Source: Caecitellus pseudoparvulus
Taxonomy: Eukaryota > Protista > Bigyra: Bicosoecida
Direction of reading: 5' to 3'
DNA: 64,000 nt
NCBI GenBank assembly: GCA_965644315.1
Contig: CBFFRQ010000035.1
Location: forward strand, 49,277 to 113,276
Positions 1-12,049 of this stretch are shown in pieces (positions within the stretch are counted from its first letter, which is position 1; the number at the start of each line of letters is the position of its first letter). The notes below the pieces were generated by a model. The model had not been told where the DNA came from. It saw only the letters and a list, made by a program, of their open reading frames with translations, and ran no database searches. Position numbers and translations under genes: made by a program.

Positions 1-2
1 CG

Positions 3-2267
3 TCTGCGGCCTGCGAGCTGGAGCAGTTTCTGGGACAGGTTCGGCGAGAGTGCTCAACACGCAGCGGGGTAGGGTTAGGGGCCTTCTTGCTGACGCTGCT
101 GACACAGCCGGCACTGGCCGGCCTGCCCCTGGAAGTGCAACCGCCCACAAGTCACGCCAGTGCCCAAGCGCTGACCATGCCTGCAGACCCTCTGACGCTG
201 AGTCTGCCACGTCAAGCGCTGCAGGCTTGTCTGACCCTGGCGCCGCACCTGCAGCAGCCTTGCCCGCTGGTCCTGCAGCGGCTCACACGGCTTGTTGCCC
301 TGCCTGTCATCCGCAAGGCGTGGAAGGACCACCACCGCTTCGAGATCAGCAACACCCCACACGCCGAGCTGTGGCGCCTGCAGCCGGTGCTCATGCTGGT
401 TGACGGCCTTGCAAGCTGCGCATCACGCTTGCGCTCGGCCCAGCGCAAGCCGGAGACGCTGCATGCGAATTTGACGGGCATTGCCAAAGGCCTGCTGCTG
501 TGCGTGGGGGACGAGGAGTGCAACGGACCCGGAGCGGGCCTCGTGTTGGGGAACGTTTCTGCCGAGCTTCGAACAGGACACCCCCCCAACCTCCGCCTGT
601 GCCCCCACCACTTCCAGCGTTTCCTCGCACTGCGACTGGCCGCGCACGCAGCACAGGGCGATGTGGCCAAGGCTCTGTTGGCCGCCTGTGAGTGGCTGGC
701 ACAGGCGGGGGGGTTGCTGGGGGAGCAGAGTGTGCCGGGGGGCGGCGACAGCCACGCCAGGCACCGGCAGGCACTGACGGGCCCATTCGGCATGCCAGTG
801 CATGGACCACTGTGGCCGTCCCCCAAGCCCTTCCCTTGCCCGCTTACCATGCACCACCCAGTGCTCCCTCGCACGGACGTGCCGGCCGAGGTGAGCCGCC
901 TGTTGCTGCGGCGTTTTCTGCACCCCTGCGTCGTGACGGAGGCACACAGCAGCAGCCTCACACCCCTGGCAGACCCAAGCACCCACATGGAGGCGCTGGC
1001 ATCCATAACACGCTTGACGGGGTGGGATTGGGGCGAGGCCATGGGTTGCCTGGAACGCGCTGCGCCGGAACCGCACGACGACGACTGTGACGAGCCGCGG
1101 CACCCGCCCAAGGCGGATGCCAGTTTTCTGGGGCTGTGGGTGGACCCACACCTGGGCGCTCTGGGTGAAGTGATGTGGCCACTGCTTCAAGCAGCGCCTC
1201 CGCCGCCCGCGCACAAGTACAGCAGCCTGCCTGCTCTGGGGGCGGCGTCGCCCAAAGCCCTGCCCCGGATCGTGCAAGCGACCATTCCTGAGCGCCTTGC
1301 CGCGGCACTGCAGTTGCTCTTCACAGAGCAGGGACCCCGTGGTGCCAGCAGTGTGTACTGCTTCGTCGCGCGGTGTCTGGCTGAGGTCGGCGGTTTCACC
1401 AAGGCCCACTCTGGCGGCGTTGCATGGGCGGCCAAGTTAGACCAGCTCCTGCGCGGGGACTTTGAAGGGGCCGGGCCCTTCCCTGCGAACGTCGTGGAGC
1501 AGACGATGCAGAAACTGCACGCATTGCAGCGCGGCCTGCAGCACCTGCTCAAGACACACCCAGACTTGCTTGTTCGTGGTGCCGCCGCCACCCTTCCTGG
1601 CCCGCAGGCGCCCCCCCCCGACTGTCCCAAGGACGCCCCAGGCGCACGCAGCGCCAAGTGCAGTGTCTTTGACGCGCAAACGTTTGGATTGCATGGTATA
1701 GTCATGCAGCTGGCCCTGGTGCCCTCACGTTTGCACTTGCCTGAGGGCCGAGACCCGATTGATATCCCGCCTGCCGTGCACTCAGTGAAGTGGACCACCC
1801 TGCACCCATCGTACCACGACGCTCAGGCCGTGCTAGGGCTGACCAGCCCCGGTGATGAGCCGTCCAGTGGACCAGTTTGCAGCTCCTCCATCTCCACACC
1901 CGTTGCGCACGAGTTGCAGCGCCTTGTGCCACAGGCCCAGTGCGCGTGGGGCGGCGGGGGCCTGCCCAGCCTGGGTCACACGCCAGAGTGGCGGGCTGCG
2001 TGGCTGGCTGCGACGCGAAAGGCAGCAGTTGCGACGGAGCACAGCGTGCATGAAGGCCTCTTGCCTGTGGCATACACAGGCTTGCAGTGGCTGGAGAGCT
2101 GTGGCCTGCAGTGCCCAACTCCGCTGCGAACCGCCTTGGCAACTGAGGACGAACGCACTTCGGTGGTTGCAGGCGAGGAGCCTGGCGACAAGCGGGCTTG
2201 GTCGCGGCATCTCGCCTGGCTCGTCCGTCGACGGGCGGTGTTGCTGTGTGCGGCGGCGCAAGGCTAG
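3..2267 (+). CDS. Uncharacterised Ala/Leu/Pro-rich protein, 5'-truncated by the window edge
   Basis: The frame of ORF 87..2267 is open from position 3 (SAACELEQFLGQVRREC...). More than 750 stop-free codons end in TAG, 23 nt from the convergent neighbour. No domain recognised. Confidence 0.7.
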   Translation, partial: SAACELEQFLGQVRRECSTRSGVGLGAFLLTLLTQPALAGLPLEVQPPTSHASAQALTMPADPLTLSLPRQALQACLTLAPHLQQPCPLVLQRLTRLVALPVIRKAWKDHHRFEISNTPHAELWRLQPVLMLVDGLASCASRLRSAQRKPETLHANLTGIAKGLLLCVGDEECNGPGAGLVLGNVSAELRTGHPPNLRLCPHHFQRFLALRLAAHAAQGDVAKALLAACEWLAQAGGLLGEQSVPGGGDSHARHRQALTGPFGMPVHGPLWPSPKPFPCPLTMHHPVLPRTDVPAEVSRLLLRRFLHPCVVTEAHSSSLTPLADPSTHMEALASITRLTGWDWGEAMGCLERAAPEPHDDDCDEPRHPPKADASFLGLWVDPHLGALGEVMWPLLQAAPPPPAHKYSSLPALGAASPKALPRIVQATIPERLAAALQLLFTEQGPRGASSVYCFVARCLAEVGGFTKAHSGGVAWAAKLDQLLRGDFEGAGPFPANVVEQTMQKLHALQRGLQHLLKTHPDLLVRGAAATLPGPQAPPPDCPKDAPGARSAKCSVFDAQTFGLHGIVMQLALVPSRLHLPEGRDPIDIPPAVHSVKWTTLHPSYHDAQAVLGLTSPGDEPSSGPVCSSSISTPVAHELQRLVPQAQCAWGGGGLPSLGHTPEWRAAWLAATRKAAVATEHSVHEGLLPVAYTGLQWLESCGLQCPTPLRTALATEDERTSVVAGEEPGDKRAWSRHLAWLVRRRAVLLCAAAQG

Positions 2268-2290
2268 GGCAGCCGCGGGGCGTGCATTGC

Positions 2291-4381
2291 TCAGTCGCCC
2301 CCTGCTCGGGCACTGATGGCTTTGAGGGCCTCGACGGGGTCGAAGGAGGCCGCGGAGCGCACCTCCTCGGGGCTGGGCATGGCGCCGGCGCGGAACAGCT
2401 CGAGGCAGGCGACCGCCTTGGGATCATCGTTCACCGTCACGACGCCAGTGATGTGGTCATCAGTGACGTAATACGCCGTGAAGACGGGCTTGCCGCCCAG
2501 CTGCGCGTCGGGCGTGCCGTGCCAGATGGTGTCCGTAATACGCCGGGCGTGCCCCGCGTACCGCACCGACATGCCGAAGAGGCCTGTCCAGAAGAACGGC
2601 ACGACGTCGTATGCGACGCGCTTGCCCAGCATGTTGCGTGCAGCGATGCGGCCGTGGTCCATGGCCACGTCGTAGTGCTCAATGCGCAGGGAAGCCGTCT
2701 CGGGGCCCTTGGAGTGGGCGAAGGGGAAGTGCGCGACGTCCCCTGCCACGTAGATGTCGCCGCTGGCGTGGGCTGAGAGGAATTCATCGCAGATGACGCC
2801 GCCGCCCTGACGAGGCTCGGCCGTGGTGATGCCCTCGGCGCCCTCCAACCAGGCGGTTGCCGGGATGATGCCAGCGCCGATGATGACGATGTCCGCGGGC
2901 AGGACGGTGCCGGACCGCAGCTCCAGCTCCGCGACGGCCGACTCGTCTTCCTCCGCAGCGACAAACTCAGTGACGGTGTCCTGCATGTGGAAGGCGACGC
3001 CCTCCTTCTCTGCCCGCTGCCGGACGATGGAGCCCACCTGCTTGCCCAGCACGCGCTCGAAGGGCTCCTCCTCCATGCCCACCACGGTGACACTGCCCAC
3101 GGCAGGGGGGGCTGCGCCACGAGACTTGGTGCGTTTGATGAAAAAAGCAGCCGCCTCCATGCCGATGAAGGAGCTGCCCACCACGACGATGTTCTTCTTG
3201 GGCGCGCCCATGGCCAGGGCGGCTGTGATGCTGCGGACATCGGCGGCATCCCGCAGCACGAAGACACCCCGCAGGTCTGCGCCAGGCAGCTTGAAGGACT
3301 CCGAGCCGGCGAAGGTGCGCGCATTACCGCCGGTGGCGATGAGCAGCTTGTCAAAGGCGAGCTCCTGGGCGGCGCCGTCGGCAGTGGTGATGTTCAAGGA
3401 GCGCTGGGCGGTGTCCAGGCTCACCGCCTCAGTGGACAGCAGCACGTTCACCTCCAGCTCACCGTACCGGGCGGCCTTCAGCAGCACGGGCGCCTCCTCC
3501 TGCTCCTTGGGGGTGAAGGTCTTGCTCAGGGCGGTGCGGTCGTAGGGCAGGTCGGCCTCCTTGGTCACCAGCGTCACGCGGCCCTGGAAACCCTCAGCGC
3601 GCAGTGTCTCCGCCGCCACTGCACCAGCAGGCCCGCCGCCGACGATGATGAAGTGCCGGCCGTCCTCAGCGGCACGGTGGGCAGTGTCCTGTGTGCGCTT
3701 GAGGGGCACGGCAGGCTTGCCGGCAGCGTCCCGAGGCAGGTCCACGTGCACGCGGCCGTTGGAGACGGTGGTGGGGAAGGAGTGCATAGCCTCGCACACG
3801 GGCCCGTCCTCGATGTCGCCGGTGGAGACGTTGAAGCGAGCTGCGTGCCAGGGGCACACGACACAGTCGCCGGCCAGGACACCCTTGGCCATGGAGGCGC
3901 CCTTGTGGCTGTGCGGGGCAAGGGGGGGCAGGGAGCGTGGGGTGATTGCGCGGTCGTTGATGGGGCGCAACGCTAGCGAAACGCACGGACACTTGGCTGA
4001 CAGGGCCTTGAACTCGCCCTTGTCGGTCTGAACAAAGGGATGGCGGGGCGGAAGTGGTGCACCGTGCGCAGGAGTGCCCTGCTGCACCACTCACGTGCAC
4101 GACGAGGATCTTTGCCTTGCTGTCTGGGACGGAAACCTCCTTCATGGAGCCTCGCGGAATAGCGGACACTGCCGCGACATCAACCAGGCTGTTGGCCGAG
4201 AACATGAACTGCGACAGGGGCGGACAGTGAGACGTCTTGCATGCAGGTGTCGCAGCACTCCCTGGCACGGTGTGGCTTGGGCAGCACGCACCTGGAAAAC
4301 GCCAGCGGCCACGACGACCACTGCCACAACGGCTGCCACGAGGAAGGCATGCTCCTCGAGCAGAGCGAGGATGTCTTCCAT
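2291..4381 (-). CDS. AIFM3: AIF-like Rieske [2Fe-2S] / FAD-NAD(P)H oxidoreductase (AIFM3-like) with N-terminal membrane anchor
   Basis: Exons 4381-4292, 4208-4095, 4027-3987 and 3908-2291 (GT-AG, phases consistent). Splicing restores the Rieske motif CPHKGA...CPWH. Also GGGPAG, ATG, GSSFIGME and GD motifs and C-terminal VPFFW. Exon 1 is hydrophobic (FLVAAVVAVVVVAAGVF). Confidence 0.92.
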
Positions 4382-4606
4382 GGTGGGTGGGTGGGGCTGG
4401 GATGGCACGCACACTATGCACCAAGGCTCGGGGAGGGAGCCGAAGCACGTGCTGGTTGGGGGAGGATCGTGGATTTGTCGCAGGCATCGCAAAGGGAGCC
4501 GTGTCCGCTCGACCGGGCGCACCCCTGCCCACGCACCACAAGGTCAGCCACGAGCAGACACGCCTGTCAAGCCCGCACAATCACGAAATTGAATCCTTCG
4601 CCTTGG

Positions 4607-5986
4607 TCATTGAATTTCACAGCCCCGACCTCCTTGCGCCCTCACTCCGCTCCAGATGCCAGCCCATGCGCTTGCCCGCTTCTCACTGACCGGCACAGCT
4701 TCCCAGTGCACATCAACCATGAGGAGTGCACGGCTCGTGCAGACGACCATGAGGCGGGCATACTCTTTCTGAAAGTCAGGGGCGCCAAGAGCAAGGTCGC
4801 CGCCGCCCTCCAGACCCGCTTCCTTGTCCAACCCTGCGCTCATCTCTCTCCCAGGTGGCTTGAGATACAGCAGTGTGGAGCGATTAATGACTTTTCTCAA
4901 GTTGAATGGCGTCCACTTCAGCCACTCGATTACCTCTGGCAGACTCACCAGGCTTGTGAGCATGCTGTCCGGCTCCAGAGCAGTCCTCCGCGGAGGAGTC
5001 GAAGGCAAGCTGACACGATACGTTGAGCTGACCACAAACTCCCTCCTGGACTGTGCCCACAGCACATGCAGGAGCACTCGTGATGGCCGGAGCTCGTACT
5101 TGCTCCGCTGGTGCACGACCCAGTTCAGTGGCAGCCGGTGCAGCAACAATGCAGATCTTAAAGCGAGCACCTCGGCGAGGTGGGCAGGCTTCAGGCCCTC
5201 TTTCGCCGCCTTCATGAGGACATCAAAGCATAGTATGCCAGATTTGTCCGAGTGTTGCACCACACCATCTGCAATGCACTCCACCGCGCCTTGCCTCCAC
5301 ACAGGCCGGGGCAGTGGCCAAGCGCAGACGAGATCCAGATCTACAACCCTATCAAGGATGACTTTTTCGTGGTCTTCCGCCAGCTGAACTCCACCCCACG
5401 TGCTGTCAGGGCACTCTTCACACAGGCACTCGCTAGCCCGTGTCATGACGTCGTTCAGAAGGTCCACCGCGACCATCTGGAATTTCTTCAGCACTACGCA
5501 TTTCTGAACGCTTCCTCTCACGCCGAATGCAAAGGCCATGTGTTCGATGTCCTCCCCCAGCTGCACAACTGCTCGGCAGCAAGCCAAGGCCAGCTGGACA
5601 TGCGTCACCGCTGCGTGGCAGTGTGGGACGAGGAGGCTCCCTGTGGCGTCAGCGGCTACGCCCAGAAGTTTGGCTTGCAGCGCAGCTGCCGCGCCCTGCT
5701 CGGGGAGAATGACTGACGCGCTCCCCGTGTTTGAAGAGTGCAGTGGTGCATCCAGCACACACACTGTTTCAGGAAGTGCGTACAGAAGGTCGCGAAGCAC
5801 ACGACCCGGCAGCTCCTTGGCTCGGATTTCGCCCAGCAAGCTCTCAAACTGGGCTCGCCAGCTGCACGGGACGTGCACGGGCGCCTGAACGCCCTCCAGA
5901 GGAGTGTCTTCGGACGTTGTCGAGGGATTCTTGTACTCTTGGAGGAAGGGGTGTGACTCCTTCTTGTCTGTGCACTCGGCGGCCAT
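4607..5986 (-). CDS. Uncharacterised protein (~459 aa)
   Basis: Long ORF from ATG 5986 (MAAECTDKK...) with globular-looking composition. No motif recognised; introns possible. Confidence 0.65.
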   Translation of the reverse strand: MAAECTDKKESHPFLQEYKNPSTTSEDTPLEGVQAPVHVPCSWRAQFESLLGEIRAKELPGRVLRDLLYALPETVCVLDAPLHSSNTGSASVILPEQGAAAALQAKLLGVAADATGSLLVPHCHAAVTHVQLALACCRAVVQLGEDIEHMAFAFGVRGSVQKCVVLKKFQMVAVDLLNDVMTRASECLCEECPDSTWGGVQLAEDHEKVILDRVVDLDLVCAWPLPRPVWRQGAVECIADGVVQHSDKSGILCFDVLMKAAKEGLKPAHLAEVLALRSALLLHRLPLNWVVHQRSKYELRPSRVLLHVLWAQSRREFVVSSTYRVSLPSTPPRRTALEPDSMLTSLVSLPEVIEWLKWTPFNLRKVINRSTLLYLKPPGREMSAGLDKEAGLEGGGDLALGAPDFQKEYARLMVVCTSRALLMVDVHWEAVPVSEKRASAWAGIWSGVRAQGGRGCEIQ

Positions 5987-6149
5987 TGCAGAGGCTGCGT
6001 TGCCAGGCCAAATTCCGCAGCGGCACCCGAAACGCGAGGCTGGCACAGAGCCTGGGCTGGACAGGCGGCCCTGACGAGTCCGTAGTGCATGTTTGGTGAG
6101 TGAAGCGTGTGGCATGCGTTTGGCATGTGGGCGGAGGTTTCTTTTGCGT

Positions 6150-6360
6150 GCTGTAGTCAAGGCTGCCAACCATCCAGTGGCTTGCAGTGACCCAGTGGAA
6201 GCACCTGGCAGGCGCGTCGCCCCCTGCTGCCACCTGGTACGGCAGGCGGACGACCAGCTTGTGCACCTGGGCGTCCCACATCTAAAGAGCTCCCCCGTTG
6301 TTCCCCGTCACCGGGTGGCTGCCGTCTGGCGTGAATGCCACGGCGAGGGCGAGGGCGCCG
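6150..6360 (-). pseudogene. Degenerate WD40-repeat fragment with in-frame TAG at 6282-6284
   Basis: ORFs 6282..6770 and 5844..6281 are the same frame. Reading through the TAG gives ALAVAFTPDGSHPVTGNNGGAL*MWDAQVHKLVVRL, matching the WD40 consensus (vAFSPDG..lvTG..Dg.l.lWD). A weaker second blade follows (RCFHW...WMVGSLD). Confidence 0.5.
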
Positions 6361-6721
6361 CGAGGTGCAGCTTGCCAGCGGTTGCCACAGCAGGGGAAGC
6401 ACACTCCCCCATCCGATGGGATGTCCGGTATCTCAGCGACAAAGTCGCGAAAGTAGCTTCCTGGACCCCCCCAAGATCCCTGGTTAGGCGTGCCAGGTGG
6501 TTTGTATCCGGACTGCAACAGCACTTCAAGAGCCACTGCACATTTCACTGCCCAACCACGCAGTGTCACAGCCTTGCCACCGCCATCTTCACACCTGAAG
6601 GACCTGCTGCTGCTGGGCCACCTGACCCAGTGTCTGTTCCTCAGCTCCCTGCTTGCCCCCACCCTGCAGTTGGCTCGCCCTCTTCTGGCTTGGGCCACGG
6701 CCGGCGCCAGCCAAGGGCAGG

Positions 6722-7849
6722 ATGCTGCCCAGCACAGCAAGCTCAGGCCGAAAGGCCAGCTGTGGTGCATCTCCCTGTGTTCGGGCTTGTCGCGGGCTGC
6801 AGTGCTACCACACGCTGCTGTCGCCGTGGGTCGAAGTGGCGCAAGGGAAGCGCAGTCAAATTCCGCGCAGCACGCTGCTGCTCACAGCCGCCTGCGTTGC
6901 CCTGGTTGTGGCGGCGACGTATGCAGGAGCGTTCCTGTTCAGTGACGTCGTGTACTTTCAGCTGCACGAGGCGGTTGTGGCTGTGTCCTCTGTGCTGGGC
7001 ACTTCCTCCACCCGTGCCGCTCAGTGTGGGCAGTGGCCCAGCCACGGCTCTGAGGCTGCCGTCGGCGCCCTTGTGTCCAGCCCAGGAGCAGGCGCGCCCT
7101 CCGCCAAGCCGCGCATCGCCGTGCTAACGCTGTACTCGGGGCGGGCTTGGGAGTGGGCTGGCCGCCTCAGCGACGCCAACAAGGCTGCCTACTGTGCCAA
7201 GCACGGCTACACCTGCGTCAACGGCAATGATCTCGTAGACCCCTCCCGGCCCGCTGCCTGGTCCAAGCTGCTGGCAATCAAGCACTTCCTGCCTGACTTT
7301 GACTGGGTGTTCTACATGGACAGTGACACGTTCGTTATGAACGCCAGCGTGGGTTTGGAGGCGTTTCTGGACCGCCGGTATGACTTCATCGCCACCAACG
7401 ACGGCAACGGCTTCAACTCGGGCGTCATGCTGGTGCGCAATACGGCCTGGTCCCTGCAGTGGTTGCAGGATCTGTGGGACCAGGACCAGCTGGTGTCGGG
7501 CAAGGGCCTCCCGTTCCTGTACGAGCAGCGCGCGTTTCACGCGTTGCTGTCAGCTGACCCGGCCTCGGAGGCAGCCCACGTGAAGTACCTGCCGCCCTGC
7601 GCCTTCAACTCCCAACTGCGCAAGAGTCCCTGGGATGCGTCGCAGTACAATGACGGCGACTTTGTCCTGCATTTCGCGGGGTACCACGGCCTGACCAAGG
7701 AAGTCATGTTGTGTCGGTACGCTGGCGTGCTGCACACGACCTGGTGCCCCTTCCCACCTGAGCTGCTGGCAGACGTGCCGGGCCGAGTGGTGCCGTACTG
7801 CAGTGCTGCGTTTGGGGAGCACAGCCACTTGCTGGGCCCCCAGAGGTGA
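6722..7849 (+). CDS. Glycosyltransferase family 34 (galactosyltransferase GMA12/MNN10-like), type II Golgi membrane protein
   Basis: N-terminal TM (LLLTAACVALVVAATYAGAFLF); NKAAYCAKHGY, WSKL, DxD (MDSD), GFNSGVMLVRN, EQ and GDFVLHFAG motifs. Confidence 0.93.
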   Translation: MLPSTASSGRKASCGASPCVRACRGLQCYHTLLSPWVEVAQGKRSQIPRSTLLLTAACVALVVAATYAGAFLFSDVVYFQLHEAVVAVSSVLGTSSTRAAQCGQWPSHGSEAAVGALVSSPGAGAPSAKPRIAVLTLYSGRAWEWAGRLSDANKAAYCAKHGYTCVNGNDLVDPSRPAAWSKLLAIKHFLPDFDWVFYMDSDTFVMNASVGLEAFLDRRYDFIATNDGNGFNSGVMLVRNTAWSLQWLQDLWDQDQLVSGKGLPFLYEQRAFHALLSADPASEAAHVKYLPPCAFNSQLRKSPWDASQYNDGDFVLHFAGYHGLTKEVMLCRYAGVLHTTWCPFPPELLADVPGRVVPYCSAAFGEHSHLLGPQR

Positions 7850-7883
7850 CGGCGAGTCTGGGAGTCAGCGTCGGCGTCATGGG

Positions 7884-9297
7884 TCACACCATCCCGTGGG
7901 ACGGTGACCCCTCCAGCGCCCCGCCGCCCACCATTTGCGCTGTCGCAGCCAAGCTGTGGTGCTTGCTGCGCTGGGCGATGTACGCGTCCAGAGCTGCCGT
8001 CAACCAGCGGGTACGGGCTGGCCCAGCGCCCAGTGCAGGCGCACCCTCGCCGCCCACGAATGCATCCTCCGCCTGCAGGCTGTCCGTGTCTGCCGCCTCC
8101 GCCGCCCCCTCCAGCTGGCTCTGCAGGGCAGTGGGGACGAAGCGCGCCTCAATGCTGCGCTTGCGCTCCTCCATGGCGCGGGCCGTGTCCTCCAGACGAG
8201 CCACCGCGGCGCGGCGTGCCTCGGCCTCCTCGCGTTTCTGGCGCAGGCCGTCCTCCTTGCCCGCGTTGGCGAGACAAGCGGCCAGGTTCTCCTGCTTCAG
8301 GCCCTTGAGCATGTCTCGGAACAGGCGCACGGTGTCCTGCCCGTTCACGAAGGCGGCCCGGGTGATGTCGTCTGCCTCCAGCACCATCAGCTCTGCCAGC
8401 TTCATGTGCTGCAGGGCGGGGAAGGAGGAGGGGATGGGGGGCATTTGGGTGTGCAGGGTGCCTGCTTCGTGCCCACTGCCGCCAGGGCGGTCACCCCCCG
8501 ACGCCGGCGGCGTGGCTGGTGCAGGGTCGGTGCGCGGCGCAGGGCTGTGTCCAGGCCAGCCGGCGGCTCCAGCGCCAGCACCAGCGCCGGCATGTGCGGC
8601 GGCGTAAGGAGGCATGGAGCCGCCTGGCATGCCATGCGGTGGCTGTCCAGGGATTGGCTGGGGCATGTGGTGGGGCTGGCTCGCCGGGTACCCGCTGCTG
8701 ACAGCTGGCTGCGCTGGTGGCAGCGGCTCGGCGGTGGGTGCCAAGTCCATGAAATGCCGCATGATGCCCAGAATCACGGGGCCCAGCGGCACCGTCGCAT
8801 TCCACTGCCTTAGGGCATCGCAGCCCACCACGACGTGGTTGACATCCAACCACGGGTGTCGCAGGCGGTGTCCTGGCAGCAGCAGCTGTGCAGGGGCGTG
8901 GGCAGCATGGCGTGGCGGGGTGGTGAGGAGCTTTCGCAGCAAGAGCCGCGCACCTGCAGCACAGGCGGTTCTTGGGGAAAGCGTGGGGGCAGAGTGCTGC
9001 AAAGGCAGGCGGAAGAGGGGGAGGTGGGGAGCATGTCGCTGGCCCGCAGCAGGCAGCCTTGCAACTCCTCACATCTGCACTGTGCAAACTTGGTCTGTGG
9101 CTCGCAGCTTGAGACCCAATGCGTACACATTGGGGCCGCGCTCAGCCAGGTACGTGTTGTCCCGCTTCACAGAAGCAATGTGCTGCGCCGCTCTGTGCAG
9201 GAAAGCGCCAACATCCAGTGTCTGGTTGAGCGCACAGGCGTTGGGCCGCTCTGCGCAGGGTGACTAACGTGAGCGGCCTCGCCCGGAATCCAAACAT
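7884..9297 (-). CDS. VPS37: ESCRT-I subunit VPS37A-like (UEV-like N-terminus, Pro-rich linker, Mod(r) domain); 4 exons
   Basis: Spliced N-terminus gives ITLPPRFPQEPPVLQ-LLLPGHRLRHPWLD...W...LG (UEV-like). C-terminal PPIPSSFPAL...L..L followed by a coiled coil ending Y..QRSKHH is typical of Mod(r)/VPS37. Confidence 0.8.
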
Positions 9298-9879
9298 GGT
9301 GAGCCCGGGGTTGATGGCAGCAGGGCCGTTCAGCACAGGCTGGTGTGCAGGCGCTGTGGCCTTGACAGGCACTGCAGATATGTGTACAGACAGTGTGCGA
9401 GGCGTGGTGGTGTGGGGTCTGGTTGGTTTTGTGAGGAACCTTCTCCGCGCCTGCCACGTGAAACGCAAGGAAAACGTCGGGCACACGAGGGGTGTCTGCG
9501 TTGCTCACCACACGAGCTTCACCTCACACAAGTCAGCACCATTTCAAAACACACACGCCAAATGTCTCTCTTCCGCCCCCCTCCGCTTGCTCTCTGCTTC
9601 GCTCCGTTGAGCCAGCAGGGCTTGCCACGCAACTCCCACCTCAGCAGCGCACTTGTCCGCCCGGCGGAGAAGGCGCTCTTTGGTCCCCCAGCCGCCGCAG
9701 CAGCGCCAAGCGCACTGTTGTCTCGTGGCTCAGAGTACTCCATGTACAGGCGGCCTGCAAAGGCTGCTCGAACAGAATCAACCCTGGGTCAACACCCCTC
9801 TTCTGACGCTCCCACTGCTGGGGTACACCACCCTCGTGCCGCGTCAGACCCTCACCACGACCAACACGCAGCCGCCAGC

Positions 9880-11932
<2,053 letters not shown>

Positions 11933-12049
11933 GCGTGCGTGCTGCGCTACGCTGCGTTGACCCCGCCGGCACAAAAACCACAATGCAAAGCGCGCAGCCA
12001 CAGCCCATTGCGAAGCGAAAGTGGGCAGAGCAGACCGCACACGTGCAAC

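Noticed and set aside
70-80. TAGGGTTAGGG telomere-like sequence near the window start
   Set aside because: Under two units, and it lies inside an open reading frame (G-V-G-L-G); no array.
6282-6284. TAG reassignment (alternative genetic code) as the explanation for the WD40 stop
   Set aside because: TAG ends several gene models here (2267, 26082, 44200, 52877, 53763, 53804), and no conserved gene in the window needs TAG read-through.
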